64,000 bases of DNA from NCBI GenBank assembly GCA_965277285.1, contig OZ255721.1:3648001-3712000 (forward strand). Reading direction: 5' to 3'. The stretch is from Abditibacteriaceae bacterium. GTDB taxonomy: Bacteria > Armatimonadota > Abditibacteriia > Abditibacteriales > Abditibacteriaceae. This document shows, piece after piece, positions 58,522 through 64,000 of this stretch (positions are counted from its first letter, which is position 1; each line of letters begins with the position of its first letter). The notes beneath the pieces are model-generated. The model saw only the letters and a program-made list of their open reading frames with translations, was not told the DNA's origin and ran no database searches. A program made the translations under genes and the position numbers.

Positions 58522-59286
58522 TCATTCATCATTCCGTATCATTCTTTCCGGCATCGTGACGAACGTCAGTCCGCGATGGCGCGCTTCGCGGACGATTTTA
58601 TTGAGGGCTTGCGGCGTGCCGACTCCGGCGTCGTGCAATAGCAAAATATCGCCGCCGTGCAGGTTCGACAGAATGCGGTTGGCGATGTCCCACGCCGGAG
58701 GACGCGTCCAATCACCGGCGTTGTTGCTCCACCAGGCGAGCGTGTAACCATTGGCGTAAAGATAATTCATCACGCTGCGATCCAGTCCGCCGCCGGGTGG
58801 ACGAAACAAGCGCGTTTGTTCTCCCAGTTGGCCAATCGTAGTAAAGCAATCGGCGACTTCGTGACTGTATTCGCAGGGCGCGACATGCGTCAGATTGTGG
58901 TGATAGTGCGAGTGATTGCCCAGTTTGTTGCCGTCTTGCACCATGCGATGTGCCAGTTCGGGATACACCGTCAAGCCGTCGCTGATGCAGAAAAAAGTGG
59001 CCGGAACGTTGTTGCGTTTCAAGGAGGCCAGCAGCATTGGCGTCATCAAAGGATGCGGCGCGTCATCGAAAGTCAGCGCGACTTGCTGGCTTTGTCGCCC
59101 CAAATGCTCCACGTGACCCAAGGCCAAAATTGGCGCCGGTGGACGCCACCACGCGTAACTTCCCCAGATCGCCAACGTCGCCAAGACGAACGTCAGCGCG
59201 CGCTTCCATCCGAAACTTCGTTTATTGTCCGAAGTCTCGGGCGCTGCGGGTAAACGCGGCGATTGCATTGCGGTTTCGAGTGTCAT
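58522..59286 (-). CDS. Polysaccharide deacetylase (NodB/CE4)
   Basis: VALTFDDAP, ATFF, GNHSHYH, FRPPGG, ILLLHD. Confidence 0.92.
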   Translation of the reverse strand: MTLETAMQSPRLPAAPETSDNKRSFGWKRALTFVLATLAIWGSYAWWRPPAPILALGHVEHLGRQSQQVALTFDDAPHPLMTPMLLASLKRNNVPATFFCISDGLTVYPELAHRMVQDGNKLGNHSHYHHNLTHVAPCEYSHEVADCFTTIGQLGEQTRLFRPPGGGLDRSVMNYLYANGYTLAWWSNNAGDWTRPPAWDIANRILSNLHGGDILLLHDAGVGTPQALNKIVREARHRGLTFVTMPERMIRNDE

Positions 59287-59300
59287 AACGATTTCCCAGT

Positions 59301-61151
59301 TTAATCGTAACGCCGATAGCGGCGATAACTCCTGCGATGCCCGTAAAAACGCGGACGATAAGCGCGATAAACGCGGCGCGGACGCGTGTAACGGCGCAAT
59401 CGAGTACTCGAACGCGCTTTATAAACAGTGCGAGGACGAACCACGCGCCGCGGCTGGGCAATAAATTTCTTCGGCAGCCCGTTCGACTTGGGCGCGATTT
59501 TATTCGTTGGAACAATCGGAGTAACTGTCGGTTTTGGTGTTGACTTTGAAATCGGCGAAGGCTTTACAATCGGCGGAACCGTAATTGGCGGGACAACTTT
59601 CGGCGTTGGGGCAACTGCTTGCGGCGTTGGAGTGACGCGTTGTGGCGTTGCTATCGGCGGAATAACTTTGGGTGTTGGCGTTGGAGTGACGCGTTGCGGC
59701 GCGACGCGTTGCGGCGTGACATTTTGCGGCGCCGTAATTGGGAAGACCGACGTTGGCGGCGCCAGGAGTTTGGCGGGTAAAACGCGTTCGTTGAAATAAA
59801 GCCGCGAACGTTCGCGCAACCATGTTCCAGCGTCGGTTGTCGGCGCGTTGAAGACGGCTGCGGCGCCCGTCAAAATCAGTTGCGAACGTTGAATGGACGC
59901 CGTGAAAACCGGAATCATGCCTTCGGCAAACACGGGATATTTTACGCCATCGCGTGCGGGATCGTTCAACACCACGCCAACGACATCGACGTTTTGCATT
60001 CTGGGGCTTTGCGCGAAAGCAATCTGCACGATGCGTGCTGCGGTTTGTGTAACGCGCTGGCGCTCTACGTTGCCCGAAGCGCGCACTTGAAAACGCACAA
60101 ACGCGAAATGCTCTTCGTTGATTTTGTCTTGATGCTCATTGCCGCGCAACGACGCGACATCAATGCTCACCAAAGAATGCGCCAGATGCGCGCTTTGAAG
60201 AGCGTTTTGCAACTGCTTCGCCTGAATCGGCAAATTACCGCCCAGCGTGACAACGCCCGAGCGCGGAACTTCTTTTACCACCGATGTAATCAGGCTTTCG
60301 CTTCCTGAACCCGAACTGGAAACGCCTTCACCTTCGCGTGGCGCATCGGAACTTGAGGCTTTGCCATTGTCGCCGTGATTCGAGTACTCGTTATCGCCGC
60401 GATGTAGCGTTCCCGACCAAAGCGCGCTGGTTCGCTCGCTCCAGAAGGCGCCCATTTTCTGGTTGAAATGCGCTGGTGAAAGGTATAATCCGAAAACCCA
60501 GAACGCGGCGACGCTCGATAGCAGTAAAAAAACGGCGAAGCGCGTTTGATGTTGAAGGCGCGCGAAAACCGTATCGAGTACGCGAAACCACGGAAAACGC
60601 CGCACGCGTCGCAAGGAAACGCCAAACATCGACAACGCCAAAAGTCCCATCGCCACGCCGCACAGCCAGCCGACCAGAACATCTTCGACGTAATTGGAGC
60701 CGCAGAAAACGCGCGCGAAACAAAATAACAATCCATAAAAAAACGACGGCCACGCCAGATTGGGCGCTACAGCCCAGATTGCGACGAACAGCGCGCCGAT
60801 CATCGCAGTTTCGGGCGAGGGAAACGAATTGTCGTTCGGCTCCACCACGAGCGCGTTTACCCAATGCGTCACGTAAGGGCGCGACGACAAAATCGGCGCG
60901 TCCAAAACTGTCAGAGAAAACCAATTGATAACAATTGGCAAAAGCGCGCAAAGAACCAAGGCGCCAATTGTGGCAACCGCGATGCGCCGGATTTTTGCGT
61001 CGTTCGCCACCAAACGCGCCGGTCGAAATACCAGCAGCGCCGCCAAAACTGTCGCCAAAATCGGAATCGCCGCGATGTAAAAACCGCGCATCGCGCCATC
61101 GAAAAGCGCGTTTTGTCCCGCCCAATCGTTGATCGTATAGAAAATTTGCAC
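59301..61151 (-). CDS. PAP2-like membrane domain (catalytically degenerate) + unknown domain + Pro/Arg-rich tail
   Basis: SRP, DNSFPSPE, ARVFCGSNYVEDV.VG resemble PAP2 motifs C1-C3. Confidence 0.7.
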   Translation of the reverse strand: MQIFYTINDWAGQNALFDGAMRGFYIAAIPILATVLAALLVFRPARLVANDAKIRRIAVATIGALVLCALLPIVINWFSLTVLDAPILSSRPYVTHWVNALVVEPNDNSFPSPETAMIGALFVAIWAVAPNLAWPSFFYGLLFCFARVFCGSNYVEDVLVGWLCGVAMGLLALSMFGVSLRRVRRFPWFRVLDTVFARLQHQTRFAVFLLLSSVAAFWVFGLYLSPAHFNQKMGAFWSERTSALWSGTLHRGDNEYSNHGDNGKASSSDAPREGEGVSSSGSGSESLITSVVKEVPRSGVVTLGGNLPIQAKQLQNALQSAHLAHSLVSIDVASLRGNEHQDKINEEHFAFVRFQVRASGNVERQRVTQTAARIVQIAFAQSPRMQNVDVVGVVLNDPARDGVKYPVFAEGMIPVFTASIQRSQLILTGAAAVFNAPTTDAGTWLRERSRLYFNERVLPAKLLAPPTSVFPITAPQNVTPQRVAPQRVTPTPTPKVIPPIATPQRVTPTPQAVAPTPKVVPPITVPPIVKPSPISKSTPKPTVTPIVPTNKIAPKSNGLPKKFIAQPRRVVRPRTVYKARSSTRLRRYTRPRRVYRAYRPRFYGHRRSYRRYRRYD

Positions 61152-61268
61152 CGCGCCGTCATTATATCAGGGCGAAATTGACACGGCGAAATTAGACGCG
61201 CCAATTCATCAACTTTCCAGTTGGCAATTGAGTACTCAAACGCACACGCAACGGGTAAACTGCGCGCA

Positions 61269-62033
61269 ATGTCGCCGCCGTCCCAAGAGTTTTTTGCCGC
61301 TTCTTCGCATTCTTCACCATCGCACTCTTCGCCGCACCACAAACGCACTCTTCTCATCACCGGCGCGACGGGCGCCATCGGCCGCGAAATCGTGCGCCAT
61401 TTTAGCGATTCGAGTACTCGAATTGTGGCGCACGGCTTTCGTAATGCGCAAAACGCCGAACTTTTGCAACGCGAAACGGACTGCGAATTTCGTTTTGCCG
61501 ACATCGGCGACGAAGCGCAAGTCGAAGCTTTGTTCGATGATTTGGGCAATCTTTTCGCGGTCGTGCATTGCGCCGGAATCGCGCGCGACGCGCTTTTGGT
61601 GAAACAATCGCGCGAAAGTTGGGACGAATCGCGGCGCGTCAATGCCGATGGAACGTTTTTGGTGGTGCGCCAAAGCCTGCGCAAATTGACAAACGGCGGT
61701 CGTCTTGTGGTTGTGGCGTCGCGTGTCGGTGAAATTGGCGCAATCGGCCAGAGCGCGTATGCGGCCAGTAAAGCGGCGCAAATTGCATTGGTCAAATGTG
61801 CGGCGCGCGAAGCAGCTGAACGGCGAATCTGCGTCAATGTTGTTTGTCCGGGCGTAGTTTCTTCGGCGATGACGCAAACCTTGAGCGCCGAGCGACAACG
61901 CGAACTGGCTGAGGGAAGTTTGTTCGGCGAGTTCGGTTCGGCGCGAACTGTTGCGTCAACAATTCAGTGGCTTTTGAGTGACGCGGCTGCGGAAGTTTCC
62001 GGCCAGGTCATTCATTGCGATAATCGTTTGTAA
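61269..62033 (+). CDS. Short-chain dehydrogenase, FabG-like
   Basis: ITGATGAIG, AGIARD, S, YAASK, VNVVCPG, SGQVI. Confidence 0.85.
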   Translation: MSPPSQEFFAASSHSSPSHSSPHHKRTLLITGATGAIGREIVRHFSDSSTRIVAHGFRNAQNAELLQRETDCEFRFADIGDEAQVEALFDDLGNLFAVVHCAGIARDALLVKQSRESWDESRRVNADGTFLVVRQSLRKLTNGGRLVVVASRVGEIGAIGQSAYAASKAAQIALVKCAAREAAERRICVNVVCPGVVSSAMTQTLSAERQRELAEGSLFGEFGSARTVASTIQWLLSDAAAEVSGQVIHCDNRL

Positions 62034-62034
62034 G

Positions 62035-62149
62035 CAGCGAATAAATTCGCCGCCAGAGAAAGGTCTCGGACTAAATCCGACACGGCTCCAAAACGGTGTT
62101 GTGTCAACGAAGGTTGACACATTTCTCTGGCGGCGAATTCATTCGCTGC
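62035..62149. repeat. GAATTCGCCGCCAGA-family element (copy 3)
   Basis: gcagcgaataaattcgccgccagagaaa ... tttctctggcggcgaattcattcgctgc; interior similar to the copy at 3322. Confidence 0.85.
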
Positions 62150-62182
62150 ATTGTGTAATCCAAAAATAAACAGGTGCTCACC

Positions 62183-63295
62183 ATGAAAAACGAGCAAATA
62201 AATATAACGAAGGACATCGAGTACTCGAAAGCGAGCGATGAAACTCCGATGCCGCGCGAAGAGTTGGCGGAACTGGCCAAAGCCTACGCGCCCGATTACG
62301 TGTATTTGGAAGATTTGAAGCGCGCCGACCGCAAAAAACCGCGTCGTCGCTTGTTCAAGCACCGCGAACCTGCCGCCAAGCAACCTTTGCGCGACAAAGT
62401 TCTGCGCAGCGACGATACATGGCAAAGCGAACCCGCCAAACGAACCCTGGCGGCGCGCCTGGCGGTTCGATTGGCGCCTCTTTATGGGGCGTTCTACGAT
62501 TGGCAAATGATGCGCGGGCAAGGCGTCCGCGAAGTGCGCCAACGCTTGACGCTCGCGCATTTTCCCGCTGATGCCGCGCCGCTAAAAATCGCTTTCGTTT
62601 CCGACTTTCATTACGGCCCGACTTCGGGACGAACCGCGGCACGCCAGGCGTGGAAAATCGCACGCGATGCGCGTCCCGATGTGCTAATTTTGGGCGGCGA
62701 TTTTCTGTATGCCGACGAGCGTGGCTTGCCCGCCCTTTTGCGCGAACTGCAACGCTGGAAGCGCGATATGCCGCACGGCGGAATGTATGCGTGCCTGGGC
62801 AATCACGATTATGAAGCGGGCGCCGATACTTTGATTATGGCGCTCGAAGCGTGCGGCGTGCGCGTTCTCATCAACGAAAGCGTCGAACTTCCTGAACCGT
62901 GGAAAGGCATTTATATCGCCGGATTGGACGATCATTTTCATGGCGCCGCGCAAATGCCGCAGACTTTGGAAAGCGTTCCTGATGGCGCGTGCACGATTCT
63001 GGCGGCACATTCGCCCGATGTGTGCCAGCATTCGGAAATGCGTCGCTGCGATTTGACATTGTGCGGCCACACGCACGGCGGCCAGATTTGTTTGCCCAAC
63101 GGCGAAGCGCCACATTTGCCTTCGGAATGGAGCCAGCAATATCCCTGGGGTTTGCATCGCCACGCGGGAAACTGGCTGTTCGTCAGTCGCGGCGTGGGAA
63201 CCGTGTTCTTCCCCTTGCGCTTATTCTCGCCGCCCGACGTGGCCATCTTTGAACTGGCGCGCACTTGGAGCGGCAAAGTCGCGGTCGCACGTTGA
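62183..63295 (+). CDS. Metallophosphoesterase (YkuE/YaeI-like)
   Basis: SDFH, GGDF, LGNHD, AHSPD, GHTHGGQ, VSRGVG. Confidence 0.92.
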   Translation: MKNEQINITKDIEYSKASDETPMPREELAELAKAYAPDYVYLEDLKRADRKKPRRRLFKHREPAAKQPLRDKVLRSDDTWQSEPAKRTLAARLAVRLAPLYGAFYDWQMMRGQGVREVRQRLTLAHFPADAAPLKIAFVSDFHYGPTSGRTAARQAWKIARDARPDVLILGGDFLYADERGLPALLRELQRWKRDMPHGGMYACLGNHDYEAGADTLIMALEACGVRVLINESVELPEPWKGIYIAGLDDHFHGAAQMPQTLESVPDGACTILAAHSPDVCQHSEMRRCDLTLCGHTHGGQICLPNGEAPHLPSEWSQQYPWGLHRHAGNWLFVSRGVGTVFFPLRLFSPPDVAIFELARTWSGKVAVAR

Positions 63296-63321
63296 GCGAA
63301 GTCGCGCGTTAAACTTTCGCC

Positions 63322-64000
63322 GTGCTTTCTTCCCACTCGAGTACTCGAACGCAATCCCGTCACGACCGCCCACGCGTCGCCGTGACGGGATTTTATGCGC
63401 ATTACGAAAAAGACCGGAATCAAAGTTTTGGGCTTCGCAATCACTTTCGTTCGGCAGATGGGCCGAACTTACGTGATGCGTTTCAAAAAGACATCAGCGA
63501 GCAATTTTATATCGGTTCTCAAGGTGCTCCTGCACATTTGCTTTCGTTGGGTTCAGGATGGCAAAATGTCGTCAGCGAACTTCGGCACGCTGACTTATGG
63601 ACGGGAATGCGCTTGTGGCATGGAAAATATTTGGGTGGAAATTTATCGACTAATCCAACTCGTGTCGCGGTTGTTTTTTCCACTTCCAAAAACCGCGTTG
63701 TTTTTCGGTTCAATGGAAAACCAGATGTGTTAGGCAGTTCGTCTGATCATGTGGGCAACACAATCGCGCAGAAAATCGGTGCGCGCGGCTCACGTTTGTC
63801 GCCCGTTGCAGCTTGTGCGACGGGCGCGCACGCGATGGCAATCGGTGCGCAACTGATCGAAGATGGTTATGCTGATGTCGCGGTTTGTGGCGCGATTGAA
63901 CCTGTTTTAACACCGCTGGTTTTGGCGGCTTACGACAACATGGGCGCATTGAGCAAAAGCGGCGTGATGCGGCCATTTGATACGGCGCGCGATGGCTTTG
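63322..64000 (+). CDS. Beta-ketoacyl-ACP synthase (FabF-like), runs off the window end; absent from the ORF track
   Basis: Own translation: RVAVTG ... SPVAACATGAHA(active Cys)...GYADVAVCG...MGALS...RPFDTARDGF. Confidence 0.85.
   Translation, partial: MLSSHSSTRTQSRHDRPRVAVTGFYAHYEKDRNQSFGLRNHFRSADGPNLRDAFQKDISEQFYIGSQGAPAHLLSLGSGWQNVVSELRHADLWTGMRLWHGKYLGGNLSTNPTRVAVVFSTSKNRVVFRFNGKPDVLGSSSDHVGNTIAQKIGARGSRLSPVAACATGAHAMAIGAQLIEDGYADVAVCGAIEPVLTPLVLAAYDNMGALSKSGVMRPFDTARDGF

Larger units (their letters stand above)
513..63348. repeat. Highly iterated 12-bp palindrome TCGAGTACTCGA dispersed through the whole window
   Basis: Perfect copies read by eye start at 513, 3218, 3545, 4218, 6575, 10484, 11185, 13164, 13833, 14835, 15123, 16161, 16625, 21876, 22543, 23365, 25223, 25807, 27602, 30984, 31768, 32692, 35602, 37391, 40434, 41097, 42856, 45010, 46899, 48364, 51600, 52028, 53027, 53821, 55671, 57478, 58046, 59400, 61410, 62217, 63337; about 24 more single-mismatch copies. 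Confidence 0.97.

Noticed and set aside
513..63348. Palindrome as a cloning linker, adaptor or assembly artefact (it contains ScaI and TaqI sites)
   Set aside because: Copies sit in frame within intact conserved genes, and degenerate variants respect protein constraints and hairpin symmetry.
513..63348. Palindrome as a CRISPR repeat, integron attC or conserved protein motif
   Set aside because: Too short, ~1 kb apart, mostly intragenic, read in all three frames; no cas or intI genes seen.
63395..63733. ORF 63395-63733
   Set aside because: Alternate frame of the FabF-like gene starting at 63322.
1..64000. tRNA, rRNA, riboswitch or intact IS transposase
   Set aside because: None recognised by eye; a covariance-model search would be needed to exclude small RNAs.

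Overview
A GC-rich (my estimate ~55-58%) bacterial chromosomal segment with about 55 genes. The DUF1559/H-X9-DG proteins, DUF3084-yqgF and Lpt genes suggest a diderm Terrabacteria lineage such as Armatimonadota/Abditibacteriota (inference). Housekeeping genes include glcD-like, tatC, mutY, cca, trmFO-xerC, fpg/nei, kdsC...lptB-DUF3084-yqgF, pepA, map, a Thermotoga-type tRNase Z and fabG/fabF-like. Small AT-richer orphan genes and pseudogenes are interspersed. The dominant signal is non-genic: the 12-bp palindrome TCGAGTACTCGA occurs about 41 times perfectly and about 24 times with one mismatch (hand count; ~0.004 perfect copies expected by chance). It lies inside genes in all three reading frames, is unusually evenly spaced (~1 per kb), forms the centre of several hairpins, and is missing from the AT-richer genes. 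It looks like a HIP1-like highly iterated palindrome system with a motif I do not recognise. Also notable: a cluster of TrkA-N/RyR membrane protein + DUF4062-STAND-TM-TPR receptor + exported metacaspase; four or five REP/MITE families including nested elements; a 3'-end gene duplication bracketing a small islet; and a PAP2 pseudophosphatase. No tRNA, rRNA, CRISPR array or intact transposase was seen. All family calls are from motif recognition, not database searches.
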